In this document: one piece after another, positions 13,859 through 44,900 of the stretch
Numbering within the stretch: the stretch's first letter is position 1
Layout: every line of letters starts with the position of its first letter
NCBI GenBank assembly: GCA_051294905.1
Contig: CM119386.1
Coordinates: 5,518,001 to 5,582,000 of the forward strand
DNA from: Botryllus schlosseri
Lineage: Eukaryota
Direction: 5' to 3'
Length of the DNA: 64,000 nucleotides
Made by a program: the position numbers and the translations under genes
The notes under the pieces: model-generated
What the model was told of the DNA's origin: nothing
Seen by the model: only the letters and a program-made list of their open reading frames with translations
Databases searched by the model: none

Positions 13859-13962
13859 GTAACATGTCATGAAGGCGATTGGCACAAGTAAGGAATTGGC
13901 ATAATGAAACTGAAATTGGTATATTATATCACAGAAGGTCACGAATTGCAAAATATTTATAA

Positions 13963-15387
13963 CTACTTGAGCTGAGACAGTTCGTGAAAGTATGCTGCGA
14001 CAAGTTTGATGCCGTTGATGTAATTCGAGCGATCGAATTTCTCATTTTGAGAGTGAGCCCCATCGTCGCATGCACCGACAGGAAGCAACATCACATTTTT
14101 CCCGGTAGCTTCTTGAAACGTCAGAGTAACTGGAATGCTTCCACCTTCACGCGTCAAGTCTGGTTCCACTCCGAACACAGTTTTAACTGCTTTACGTCCG
14201 GCCATGTAATGAGGATGATTGAAATCTGAAACCCAAGGTTTACCGCCGTGTATCATGTTCATGGTCATTTTGTTTGAGGAATTCCGGGCAGCAAACACTT
14301 TTTGGACGTGATCTTTTACGTTCTGCTCGACCTGCTCAGGAGTTTGATTGGGCACTATCCTGATGGAGAATTTACCGATAATTTTGCGTGGAATCACGGT
14401 TTTGGCACCAGTGCCGTCAAAAGCCCCTTCAATGCCATGAAGCGAAAGACTCGGAAATCTCCAACGATGCATCAAGATATCTTGTTTCGATTCATGCATC
14501 AGCTTTTCGGCTCCAAAATCTTTTTTGTAGTCTTCGGGATCGAAATCGATGGTCTTGTAGAGCTCGATTTCTGCGTCAGTCACAGGCGCGACCGTTTCAT
14601 TGACTCCGTCGATTAGGATCTTGCCTTTGTTATCCACGAGAGATCCCATGATAGCGATCAGATCGGACATTCCTTCTTGCACACTGCCACCAAACACTCC
14701 CGAATGCAGATCTTTACTGGCGCATTCGATCTCGCAAAGGAAATAGCAAATTCCACGCAGGCCGTATGTGATGCAAGGCTTCTTCTTTCCAAGCCAGTAG
14801 TTGTCGGATATGCAGACATAGTCGACATCCTTGAAAAACGTGTCTTTTTTGGAAAAGATCAGATCATCCAGCCCTAAGGAACCAGACTCTTCCATGCCTT
14901 CGAAGCAAAATTTGATGTTGACAGGGACTTCAATACCAAATTTTTGGTAAGCCTCAATGCAGTTTAACCAGCACAACACCGGGCCTTTATCGTCAGTCGC
15001 TCCTCTGCCATATAGCTTACCATCTTTTTCTGTGAGAACAAATGGTTCAGTGTCCCATCCGTCTTCAATTTTAGCAGGTTGCACATCAAGGTGCCCATAA
15101 ACACAGACTGTTTTCTTCTTGGGATCAGCACCCAGGTTTCCGAGCAGCACTGGCGGCAGAGGGATCTTGTTTCCGTCCGGTAGTGTTTCCATTCCTACGT
15201 CGAACAGCTCGACATTGCAACCTAGTTTCTTCATCCAATCCGCCACGTAATTCACCATTTTTGTGATCTCCGGTCGGACTTCTGGCCATGCCGAGACACT
15301 TCTGATAGCAACGGTTTCAGCAAGCCTCTCCACGTAGAGGTCTTGCTTCTCGTCAATATGCTTGAATATCTTTTCGAGGAAGGCCAT
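13963..15387 (-). CDS. CNDP2: Cytosolic non-specific dipeptidase (M20A family), single-exon ORF, 474 aa
   Basis: Uninterrupted ORF with metal-binding and catalytic motifs [70 protein letters not shown]. Confidence 0.97.
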   Translation of the reverse strand: MAFLEKIFKHIDEKQDLYVERLAETVAIRSVSAWPEVRPEITKMVNYVADWMKKLGCNVELFDVGMETLPDGNKIPLPPVLLGNLGADPKKKTVCVYGHLDVQPAKIEDGWDTEPFVLTEKDGKLYGRGATDDKGPVLCWLNCIEAYQKFGIEVPVNIKFCFEGMEESGSLGLDDLIFSKKDTFFKDVDYVCISDNYWLGKKKPCITYGLRGICYFLCEIECASKDLHSGVFGGSVQEGMSDLIAIMGSLVDNKGKILIDGVNETVAPVTDAEIELYKTIDFDPEDYKKDFGAEKLMHESKQDILMHRWRFPSLSLHGIEGAFDGTGAKTVIPRKIIGKFSIRIVPNQTPEQVEQNVKDHVQKVFAARNSSNKMTMNMIHGGKPWVSDFNHPHYMAGRKAVKTVFGVEPDLTREGGSIPVTLTFQEATGKNVMLLPVGACDDGAHSQNEKFDRSNYINGIKLVAAYFHELSQLK

Positions 15388-15510
15388 AATGAATGGTAGG
15401 GAATAGGCACACTATGATATGCTCCAACTACATTACAAAGAATATGTCAGATTATAAAATAGTGACATTGTGCATTATGACAGTTAGTCAATACCTAGAC
15501 ATGATACATA

Positions 15511-15562
15511 GCTGGGATGTAGTAAGGTATAGTCAAGCTGGGATGTAGTAAGCTATAGTCAA
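15511..15562. repeat. 26-bp tandem duplication upstream of CNDP2
   Basis: GCTGGGATGTAGTAAG(G/C)TATAGTCAA x2. Confidence 0.85.
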
Positions 15563-16344
15563 AGTCTTAAAATTTTACAAGCATGCATTGAAGCCATTTG
15601 CAATCTTACCATTCAAATTCATCACCGCATCATGGTAAAAATGTATCTAGAAAGTATATGGATTGGTTGTTATTCCATAATTCATACAGTGCAACCTCAA
15701 GTAGCTCCAATAGCTGTCTATAATGCTACAGGTTCTTGAGAGCCATAGGCCGGATAGCAAGGCACGAAGTAAAAAATTAATGAAAGACTGGTGACATACA
15801 ACATTCTTTACTCTAGTAAACAGATGTATTACGATTGGCTGATGGGCTTGATCCTACTTCATATGTGCCGGGCGTAGCGCCGCCCCAATATTGAAGCTAA
15901 TTCAATAAATGCATATTTGGGCAATGTGCAAAGCCTGCGTAGCATCTTGTGTACATACACTTGGTAAATGTACATTGTACACAAGCGCTTCGGCGTTATC
16001 TATATTACGAGCTACCAGCGTTCGTAAAGCTGACCAACTTACTCAATATGCGAAACTTCGTTCCGTATTGCGGTATTGGCAGAGTCACTCCTTACACTAG
16101 CAATGCCTATAGCTTGCCTACCGCCCAATAGAAATGTCACGAGACTGTTTGCTGTCGACTGTCATATGCTGTTTCAGCAATCGTGTATAAGTGACACTCT
16201 TTCGACTGCACGCATCAGCGATTGTTTGCTCATTTATTTATACCAACTCAACTTAGCTCATAGTATCAACTCACCGTATCATATCATATAGGAGTATAAT
16301 CAGAAAAAACGCGATCTGTTCTGATTGACAGACATGTCGACAAC

Positions 16345-16900
16345 TTATGGTTGTCGCAAATCAGGCCCGGGATACAGCGTTATTCTTTTTTCGATGGTCC
16401 TTTTGTAAGAAGCTAGAAGGATTGTGGTATAATCATATTCCCAGTTTGCTGCTAATTTCATGTATGGGCAGTTTAGTCTCATTCGATAATCCGGGGCACG
16501 GCTACGTCGGCTATATATCTTTCTGACAGAGCCACGCACTGTACCTGTTTCGGGTCCGACAGTCCACGAGCATGTCCAGTTGTCCACATTCAAGACGAAA
16601 TACAAGCAATTACTACTAAATAACTACAGTCCATCCTCAAGATTACCGGGCCACGACGGACCTATCGATCTCGCTTCCCATGACACGCCGCCCGATTTCT
16701 TGTCGTTTTTTTTCTATTCTATTTTCTTTACTTTCATTCAGTGTGCATGTGCAATTGTGCATGCCTCCTCTTTACATCGCCTATGCCAAGGTGGGTGTCT
16801 GATTCCATAGATTACTCCAAGTCGCTTCGACGTCTTCCTGTCTTTTCATCGTATCGCATTTTTTGTGGTGTATTGAACTGATCAAATTGCTAATAAACTA
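16345..16900 (-). mobile_element. 5' fragment (UTR plus decayed start of the AP-endonuclease) of the same RTE-like family
   Basis: Reverse complement aligns by eye with 39480-39830 (e.g. GACACCCACCTTGGC..TAGGCGATGTAAAGAGGAGGCATGCACA), then continues into a degenerate LNV...VALSE...ETKLP, resembling an endonuclease N-terminus. Confidence 0.7.
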
Positions 16901-18380
16901 ATGATGGGTGCATTTCGTGGATTCATAGTTCATACCCGTCTCAGAGGTATATCTCCAAGTTTCTGTAGGCTTACAACGAAGTTTCTACTACGTCGAACAA
17001 CGGGTAACGGATTGTAGGGTGGCTACAACGCACACTAAACACGACGAATTCATGCATAAATGGGATTCAAGCCACATTGCAAGAGCAGCAGCCGCATGTC
17101 AAAATCCATTTCAAGTTGAAACAAGGCGGTAGGCCTACTTCCCGCAACTATGCATTTCTCAAAATTCATATTGATGCCTGCAATATCTCAAAACACGAAA
17201 CCGCGCCTTCCCAGTTTCTACTAGCCCTGCGCACACAATTGTATTAGTTGCCTAACTATGATTTAATCGCTCGGTTCAACACAGGCTGACACCGCGCACA
17301 ACGGCGGAAGCGATAAGAGATAGCTGACCAACGCATATGCAATTGTAAAACCTGGAGAAAAAAGTCGATTATATTCCATAGTCGATACAGACAAATTAAA
17401 AGTACTAATGACATCATGCAACAGCTATAAATAGTGGACTAACAACCTATTACAGTCAGCCTGACGAGTGACGAACGTACTTGGAAACGTACAAAACAAG
17501 CACAGTAAATACAGTGACATCCCACGAAAGAGCCCGCGATTGAATAATAAGTGGACTGGAAGCTACCCGAGGGCCGTCCGGGAATGGGTTCGGACGAACC
17601 ACCGAGTTCTCCGGAAACGTAAAATCTGCGTGTGTACTGAGCATGAGCAGTGACGCGAGGAATGCAGGCCTCGAATAGATTTTGTCAGCCGCCGATGCTG
17701 GATAGACGATATACATATGAAAATGGAAGGAATGAAATCGTATATCATGTTGATCGAAAGCCAAGGAGGAAAAAGGAGTGGAATAAAATAAAACGCCAGA
17801 GTCCCACGGGCGTGTGGAAACGGGCTGGAAATATCGTACGTGACAGCAGCAAAGCACCGGTACGCGGTAAACATAATTTGGAACAGCAGCGTTGATTTCG
17901 TCGCGCGTGGGAGTAAAGCCCTCGCGGAACCCGTGAAAAGCAGTAGGGTTGGGCAAATAGAGCATTAGTTGTAACGAGTCGAGTAGCCAGCCATGATTTT
18001 TTTCGAGTACTGAGCTGATATGATATGCCCTTTTCCATTAAGAGTTACTTTACCAACAAGAATCGTTGCGTCCAATACTATTTTTGCACCGTGGAAACTG
18101 TGAATCCTCAATCGATCATATCACAGAATACGTTACACCCAGTACAAAGCTACATTCCTTTGAGGTCGTCGTCGTAAAGTGCAATGAAATAGGTATGATC
18201 GAAATGATACCACCAATCTGTCTCTAATCTCGTGCACAACTGGTATTGTTTTCTTCGTCGTATCAGAGAATACGTTAATGGTAGCGCAAAACTACAAGGG
18301 TTAGCGGACATGATATTTCTGTCAAGTCGCCTTCAATCATGGCCATAAAGCATAATGAAATAGCTATGGTCAAAAAAATA

Positions 18381-18438
18381 CCTGTAGACCTGTCGTTATT
18401 TTTTTGTCACCTGTAGACCTGTCGTTATTTTTTTGTCA
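18381..18438. repeat. 29-bp tandem duplication downstream of the MLK stop codon
   Basis: CCTGTAGACCTGTCGTTATTTTTTTGTCA x2. Confidence 0.85.
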
Positions 18439-18553
18439 TCATGTTTCCATATCAGCTTTACCCTTACCTAGCTATGAGTGATGCTAGACACGACTACCTA
18501 CCACTCGACTCAGAACCTAATGCGCTCGATTTCACCCAGCTCTAGTAGGCCCA

Positions 18554-36681
<18,128 letters not shown>

Positions 36682-37512
36682 CTACCCCGGCGGTGAGAAT
36701 GTATTGCTTCTTAACGAGGCAATGACGGCTCAGTTCCAGATCACGGTAGAGTTAACGTGTATCCCGACGCTGCCAGCATTCTCTATCCGCCGCAACTTGT
36801 AGATACGGACAAGCAGTGAGAAGGTGTAATCATATCTATGTCATCTCATGTATTATATCCTGGTGATAGAAAAAAATGAGCATTAACGTATGTTACTCAA
36901 CGAGTAATCATAGAATATTTATATACAGCCATTTTACAATTCTTCAGTTCTGCAGCCTTCCAACTTGATTATTCTCACTTTTCTAATCGCGGATGGTTTC
37001 GCGTGCCGCCAAAATTTCAGAAGTCAATGACTACGAGGTGATCACATCAATATCACCTCTATTTAAGCAATTCCATGCCCAAGATACGATAACTAACGAC
37101 TAGACAAGGTAGCTACAGACCCATTCACGAAGTCATTCTCAAAGGATAATCTGTTCTTGTAGTTTCTAGATGACGTATCGCCATTTCACGGACCCCTAAA
37201 ACGAGTTCACGGACCTCAAAGGGGTTCGTGGAGCCCAGTTTAGGAAATCTTGCACTAAATGTACATAGACAAGATGAACTTTATAGTTGGTTTGATTACT
37301 GAATTTCATGGACGTGGTATTCAAGATACATTATAAAGGAAGAACCATAAAGTTTGTCATCATGCAATTTTATCCGTACATTTACCAAATTGTTTCAGCT
37401 TGGTACACCAAAATAGGCATAACCTAAGTGATTTGCAATACAAGAGTACACCAAAATGTATAGACTAAAAAATATGAAGATTTCTGGTTTTGGTGACATT
37501 ACACTTTCGTAG

Positions 37513-38072
37513 GGCCGTGTGGGTGTACTCAGCTATCGCAGCTACCGCAGTACCGCAACTTCCACTACTGTTGATATACTCAGCTATCGCAGCACCCAGA
37601 CACGATGTAGAAGAGGCAACACAGTCCAAACATACCCCAGACATGATGTTCTAACACACCCCAGACACGATGTCCGACATGCCTCAGACCTGATATCTTG
37701 GCAATATTTTTATCCGGAGCTGGGAAGAGTGTGTTGCCACTCGTACATCGTGTCTCGGGGTGTGTTTTGACAGTGCTGCAACTCGGAAAACGTGTCTGGG
37801 GTGTGTTCGGACATCATGTCTGGGGTATGTTCGAACTGTGTTGCCATTCGGACATCGTGTCTGGGGAGGGGGTATTTAAACTGTGTTGCCACTCGGACAT
37901 CGTGTCTGGGGAGGGGTGGTGGTGTTAGGGACATCATGTCTTGGGTGTGTGTGTGTGTGTGTGTGTGGTTGTGTCTTGGGATAGCAGAGTATATCCACAG
38001 TAGTGATAGCTGCAATAGCCAAGTACATCCACAGTAGTGATAACTGCAATAGCTGAGCATATCCACGGGGCC
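37513..38072. mobile_element. TIR element with repeat-built long TIRs, internal ~40-bp minisatellite and (GT)n; 8-9-bp TSD (MULE- or hAT-like)
   Basis: Ends GGCC...GGCC; the 34-bp units at 37988-38066 are the reverse complement of 37520-37600; flanking direct repeat (C/T)TTTCGTAG at 37504-37512 and 38073-38081. Confidence 0.7.
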
Positions 38073-39479
38073 TTTTCGTAGCGGTCAGCCTGTCACAGTA
38101 TTATATAGAACTGAGGACAAGTTAATTAGCTAGAAATATCCAGGAGAGAGAAATTAAATGGAAGATTTTAGTGACATCATTATTAGAATCCTCTCCTACA
38201 CATCTGGCACTTCAGAGTTGTGACTGAAGGAATGATATTACTTCAAGAAGGCTGATTCAAACAAGATCATACACGTATCAGCATTCAACACAATATATGG
38301 AATAGCACAAAATGCTAACAGCAGTATGCTACCAATGACTGACAGTGCGAATTCGGTTGAAGGATCTAAAATATTTCGATTATGAACAGAGAATTGGCAT
38401 TGGGCATAAGAGGATCAGTAAACAATTACAAGTTCTCTTCCAGAATTAAAATTTTGCCGAAAACGCTTTGTCAAAATAAATAAATCCAGCTGTAGCCCGG
38501 GGCGGAATCATGGTAGCTTTTCTGCAATTAATTACGCGAGATGATCCAGACAGATGCGATTTTGCGGCACAGCATGACTAGCGCCATCAGTAGAGACCCA
38601 CTGTGAAACGATGGAAATGACTTGAGCAGTGCAATTTCATCAGAGATACAAGTCATCCCGGTCCCCCTACAACACATAACGTATAGCTGCAGAGGGCAAT
38701 ATAAATTAGGCAGTAGTGACAAAATAGTATTCATGTTGACTACACTGTCAAGAGGGAAGAGCCAGAGACTACCGTAAGCATTAATAGTGCTAAATGTAGT
38801 TTAGCAGTATTGGTGGCCAAAAATGTCTTTTGTATGTTTGCCAGCCTGTCGGCTTTCGTTACGAAAAACCAGTATAATAGTCAACAATAGCCGCGTGTAG
38901 CGGGTGCCATGGATTCCATGCTATGGAACATCAATATTGAAATAAAAATAAATGATAGCATATATGTAATGAAAATCATTAAATCAGACAATATGTTCTT
39001 CAACTAATTGCTACTTGCTGATTGAATAGTTGAATGAACACACTGTTACGACAATACTGAATAGCCATTGAAGATCAAAGCGAAGCAAACAATAACGGCG
39101 GAGCGATACAGACCTCAAGTTTTGCAATAACTCGCTCAAACCCGCCCGCGAGTCGCGACGACCTGCTACAGTTGATAATATTATCCTGATTTCCAAAGTC
39201 CGGACCTTGGTCAGTGACGTCATAAAATTTTCCTCATGTGCACCATAACCTATCTAATATACATGGCCCTGTGAGATTTGGAACTCTAGAAGTAATATAG
39301 GCATTGCGTTCAAAATGTTATGAAAAATAACCAGAGGTAGTCAAAGTAGTCATCATTGGCACTCACGTAGAAGTAACGTCGTAAATTTCGACTCAAGTAC
39401 AAGTAGAAGTAGCGCTTTCCAAGCATAGTTTTGTCTATAAACTGCCAAGTAAAAGTATTCTAAACCGTAACCATCATCA

Positions 39480-41328
39480 TAGGTTTATTAGCAATTTTAT
39501 CAGTTCAATACACCACAAAAAATGCGATACAATGAAAAGACAGGAAGATGTCGAAGCGACAAGGAGTAGTCTATGGAATCTGACACCCACCTTGGCCTAG
39601 GCGATGTAAAGAGGAGGCATGCACACTGAATGAAAGTAAAGAAGATAGTATAGAAAAAGAAAGCGACAAGAAATAGGGCGGCATGTCATGGGAAGCGAGA
39701 TCGATAGGTCAGTCGTGGTCGGGTAATCGTGAGAAATGACTGTATTAATTTAGTAGTAATTGCTTGTATTTCGACTTGAATGTGGACATGCTCGTCGACT
39801 GTCGGATGGCCGGCAGGATACTGTTCCACACATACCAATTGAGGAAGTAGTGTAAGTACTAAGTAGGCAGAATCTACTTGAAGTTAAAGTATAAGTATAA
39901 GTACGAGTTATTGAAAAGCTGAAGCGTAAGAAATCCAGTTCAGACGTACCACCGGAGATTTTGAGAGCAATGGCGTCATCCAAATTGATCATGGACAAAA
40001 TTACAGAATTGTTCCAAACAATATGGGAGATTGAAAGATTACCCCAATCATTCGGCCACAGCAAGCTAACTGCCATATGGAAGAACAAAGGAAGCAGAAC
40101 CGATCCATCGACATATCGCGCTATTCAAGTTGGAAGCGCATTCTGCAAACTGTTAATACAAATATTCATATCAAGAATAGAAGGATGGTACAACCAGCAT
40201 ATTCTCGAATTCCAATGTGGTTTTAGAAAAGGGAAGGGAACCACCCACTGCATGTAGGCCCTATGTCACGAAGCAGTCTCAAATCATTGCTGAAAAAATG
40301 ATAAACAAATATATGCCTTGTTTGTCGATCTCTCCTCTGCGTTCGACCACGTCAACAGAACCTGGCTAATTCAGTCGCTACGAAATCGAATCGATGAGGA
40401 AAAGGGAACAAAAATCATCAGTTTACTTGCCTCTCTATATTGATGTACAACAACCGAACTGAAAAGCCACCCTAACCAAACTTTTTCCACAAAATCTGGA
40501 GTTCGACAGGGCGGACCCGAATCCCCTATCCTCTTCAATCTTTATATGGACTATGCCGTGAGAGTCTTCCTACACAGATCGAAACTAGCCGATATCGCTT
40601 TCAGCCAGTATCATTTCCCCACACCGGCCTATGCACGAGAAAATAAAAGGGACACGAACTCACCGCTATCAACATGGGCTCAGGCTATGCGGACGATCTG
40701 GAATTCTTTTTTAAAGACCCAACTTCTCTTCAGGAAAGTCTAAAACTACTATCAGAAGTTCTTATACTGAGTTTGGATTACAAATTAATGAGTCGAAAAC
40801 AAAAACTATAATATTTAACCACAATGAAGAACTGACTTACCCAACTTCAATCTGCTCTCTGCATAATCATGATATTGAAAACGTGAAAACGTTCAAATAC
40901 CTTGGGTGCATGATTCACTATAACGAAACGAATGTGGGGATATCCGAAATCAACAATAGGGTCAGCTCGGTTCATGCAGCTTTCCAAACCTATAAATACC
41001 TGCTTCGAAACTTCAGAATTTGGATTGGTACAAGAATAAAATTTTTGAATGCCTTTGTGCGAAGTCGACTCACATATGGCTGCAGTGTATGGTCTCTTTC
41101 GGAAAATCAAAGAAGCGTCCTGGATGTCTGCTACAGACAATTTTTGCGAAAAATGGTACACGGAGGCTATACACTCGAAGGGGAACCGATCACGCATTCA
41201 AAATTAGCAATCACAATCTTCATAGAATCTGTCGCACTGAAGACCTCTCAGCATTCATTGATCACCAACAAGCTAAATTTCTTGCACACATAATTCGAAA
41301 ACCTATAATGACAATGTCGTGAAGTCAA
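39480..41328 (+). mobile_element. Decayed RTE-like non-LTR retrotransposon: 5' UTR, internal deletion removing most of the endonuclease, and RT with stops/frameshifts; interrupted by the BEL element
   Basis: Fragments KNKGSRTDPSTYRAI, QCGFRKGKGT, FVDLSSAFDHV, SGVRQGGPESPILFNLYMD, GYADDL, FKYLG. Clade assignment from motifs only. Confidence 0.85.
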
Positions 41329-41785
41329 TGTAACCGCGAAAGAGGGGTGGAATCTTCCACGTATACACAATGGATATATAACTGTCCTATCCAACACCCC
41401 AAGATGACGCGTTTCTGCCTGCTTCGTTAGATTTTATTTTATACAGACGAAAAACGGTTTTCTGAAAGCATTAATACACAGCGAATTAACACAAATTGTT
41501 TAGTACCGGATAAATCAATATATACTTACTTGACGGTGTTTCCTTGAGGACAGTTACAAATTTCGAATCAGACTATTCATAATAATTATTTTAGGATCTA
41601 TAAAAATTGCGAGGTAAATACGATTGAATAAGATTGATAGTCGAAATATTAGCAACTGATACAAAGCAGGCAACGAGGGCGAAACTGAACAGCAGTGAAC
41701 TATATAACAGTTACGTCACAAAGGTCATACAAGGTTTATTGAACCGTAACGTTTATGGCTCTTGAAGTCCGAAATCGCGACTTCA
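41329..41785 (-). repeat. 3' LTR of the BEL/Pao element
   Basis: 457-bp direct repeat of 48192-48648. Confidence 0.97.
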
Positions 41786-41917
41786 TCCTGGCCCTTTAAA
41801 AATTGAAAATTTGAATTTATGCAAGTTTGGCAATTTTTACACAACTGCAAATTCACAACGACAACACAAAGAAATGAAAGGTTACAATACTCAAAAAACT
41901 GTAACAAATTTCAGCTC

Positions 41918-44900
41918 TTAACAGTCAGGAGCTTCACAGAGAAGCACCAATTTGTTTATGGGTCGTTTCAAAATATTCGTTTTAGTAAACACTCTCGCGC
42001 TTCTCACCAACCCAGACTTGTCAGGTAGGGTTTCAATCACACGACCTAGCAACCACATGTTACGAGGTAGGTTTTGATCCAACACAAGCACAACATCACC
42101 TACAGTGATATTTCTTTTCTTTTCATTCCATTTTTGGCGAATCTGAAGTAGTGGAAGGTATTGTTTCTTCCACCTTGTCCAAAAAAGATCAGCCAAGTAC
42201 TGGACTTGCCTCCATCTTTTTCGGGAGTAAATATCTTTGACATTGAACACACCAGGTGGTAGCATGGGTTTATCTTTCAACAACAACAGACTGTTAGGAG
42301 TTATTGGGGTCAGATCATGAGGATCACTAGACACGGTTGAAATGGGGCGATTATTCATAATTGATTCACATTCGCACATCAATGTTAATAGCGATTCATC
42401 AGACAATATTTGTTCATCACACAAAGCACCCAAAATCTTTCGCACTGTTCGAATTTGTCTTTCAAATACACCACCATGATTGGATGCACAAGGGGTCTGA
42501 AACAACCAAGTTATTTGTTTTTGCACCAAAAAATCTTGTATTTTTGTTTGATTCCAAGTTAAAATGTTTTGCCTCAACTCTTTCTCACCCGATGTGAAGT
42601 TGCTGCCATTATCTGACCGTATCAAACTGATTTGTCCACGGCGTGCAATACAGCGACGCAGTGCCATAATGAAAGAATCAGTGTCCAAACTATTCGCAAT
42701 TTCAATATGGACAGCGCGAGTGGTAAGGCAAGTGAACAAAACGCCATATCGTTTTAACTCAGATCTACCACGCTTTACCAAAAACGGACCAAAACAGTCA
42801 ACCGCAACTGCGTGGAACGGCGGATCATTCGGAGTTACTCTATCAGATGGTAGATCAGACATTTGTTGAGATTCTGGTTTTCGTTGACGTTTCCTACATG
42901 AGACACAATTTTTCAGAACGGATCGTACTTTGGAATTGATTGTGACAATCCAAAATCTTTCTCTGACTTGGGCTATAACATATTCCCGGCCACTATGGCC
43001 ACATGACACATGAGCATCTCGAATGACCAATTCTGCAATTGGACTCTTTTTTGGGATGATTATCGGATGTTTTGAGTCGTAACCAATAGGAGCATTTTGA
43101 TTTCTGCCTCCAACCCGGAGGGTCCCATTATCCAGAAATGGTAGCAATTTGTAGATCGGGCTGGATCTTTTGATTTGTTCATCAGTCTTCAGTCTTTCTA
43201 TTTCTTCAGAGAAGTGCTTTGTTTGCTCATGACGTATAAGCATTTCTTCAGCAGCTTTAACTTCGGTTAAAGTCAATGCCTTGTTTGTCAGCTTTGCATT
43301 TGGTTGTTTGTTTCTCACTTTGGCAAGAAGATTACTTTTGAAGCGCAAAACCCATGCCAGCACCCTTTTCAGTCGAGTCCAGCTTGAGATCTTGGAGATG
43401 AGTTCATCAAGAACAGAACTTGGAGTGGTAATTGTAAGAAAACACAATTTGTTTGGCTTTTTGATTTCTGGGTCATCACCAGACAACTCCTCTAGAAATG
43501 TTGGTTGTTGAGGCCACTCCGAAGAATCTTTCCATAAGAACTCTGGACCAAATTTCCACATGTCGCAAGTCAAGAATTCAGAAACAGTCTGGCCCCGAGA
43601 AGCAATATCAGCAGGGTTTTGTTTTGAAGGTACATACCTCCAGTCCGATAATTCTGAAGACTCTTTTATCATATTGATTCTGTTCGCAACAAAGGTTTTG
43701 AAAGCTTTGTCTTTGTTTGTGAGATATCTCAAAACAGTTGTGCTGTCAGTCCAGAAGTATGAATCGTCAATAGGCAGGTCCAGCTCTTTTAGCAGAAATT
43801 TGTTATTACTGGCAGATATTGTTGCAGCGCATAGCTCCATTCTCGGAATGGTAGAACCTTTAATGGGGGCGAGTCTTGTTTTTCCACAGACAAAAGAACA
43901 GTGAATCTCACCTGCATCATTCACATATCTCAGATAAGATACTGCACCGTAGCACAACTCAGAGGCATCTGAGAAGTGGTGAAGTTCGATTCTTGTCACC
44001 TGTCCAAACTTTGACGGTTTGAAACATCTTGGAATCGTAAAGTTTTCAAGCTTCTGTAGTTGAGATAACCAGTCGCACCAAATCTTCGTGGCTTCTTCAG
44101 GTAACGGGTCATCCCAATTGTAGTTATTTTTGCATAAGTGCTGCATCAACACCTTCATTGGTTGCACTATAGTTTGAGCCATTCCCAGCGGATCAAAAAT
44201 TGAGTTCACGATACTCAGAATTCCTCTTCTGGTACAAGGTTTGTGTTTTTCTTTGACGCGGAAGCACCACGAATCATCTTCTATATTCCACGCAAGCCCC
44301 AATGTCTTCTCCATCGGTAGCTCATCAGTTAACAAGTCAATATTTTTCAGGTTTTTGGCTCTGTTTGATTCCGGTATTGCTGCCAGTACTTCTCTGCAAT
44401 TGCTTGCCCATTTTGTCAGTTCAAATCCACCTTTGCTTAGCAGAGAGCTGACATCTTCCACACGACGAATTGCAGCAGGAGTATCCTCACAGGAATCAAG
44501 AAAATCATCAACGTAGAAGTTCTTTTGAACCGCATTTATGACATCAATGTCATAGGCATTTTTGTTGTCTTCAGCGACAGTTCGTAGAGCAAAGTTGGCA
44601 CAGCTAGGGCTGCTCACAGTCCCAAATAAAAACACAGTCATGCGGTACGTTTCAAGTTGTTGGTTTGGATCATTATCCTTCCACCACAGGAAGCGTAACA
44701 GGTCTCTATCAGACTCATCAACCTTAACCTGGTGAAACATTGATCGAATGTCACCTTGGATCGCAACTTCATTTCTGCGAAAGCGCGATAAAACACCAAC
44801 AAGGTTGTTTGTTAGGTCTGGCCCTTGCAACAGAAGGTCATTTAATGCCAGGTTATTGAATTTTGCAGAGGCATCGAAAACGACGCGAATAGTCTTCTTT

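Noticed and set aside
12500-13963. CNDP2-NEK as a tight operon
   Set aside because: About 1.3 kb separates the likely CNDP2 poly(A) signal from the NEK acceptor; no direct evidence of a polycistron.
14302-14877. Plus-strand ORFs overlapping CNDP2, and similar ones over BEL and MLK exons
   Set aside because: Antisense shadows of real coding sequence.
17455-17495. CTGACGAG...GAAACGTAC hammerhead-like motif
   Set aside because: No helix II, no UH cleavage site and no stem I pairing.
17456-17965. 169-aa minus-strand ORF downstream of MLK
   Set aside because: No recognisable domain or splice context; probably 3' UTR or intergenic sequence.
39560-39640. Possible HDV-like ribozyme in the RTE 5' UTR (known in some RTE elements)
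   Set aside because: A P1-like pairing exists, but I could not build P2, P3, P1.1 or J4/2; a covariance search is needed.
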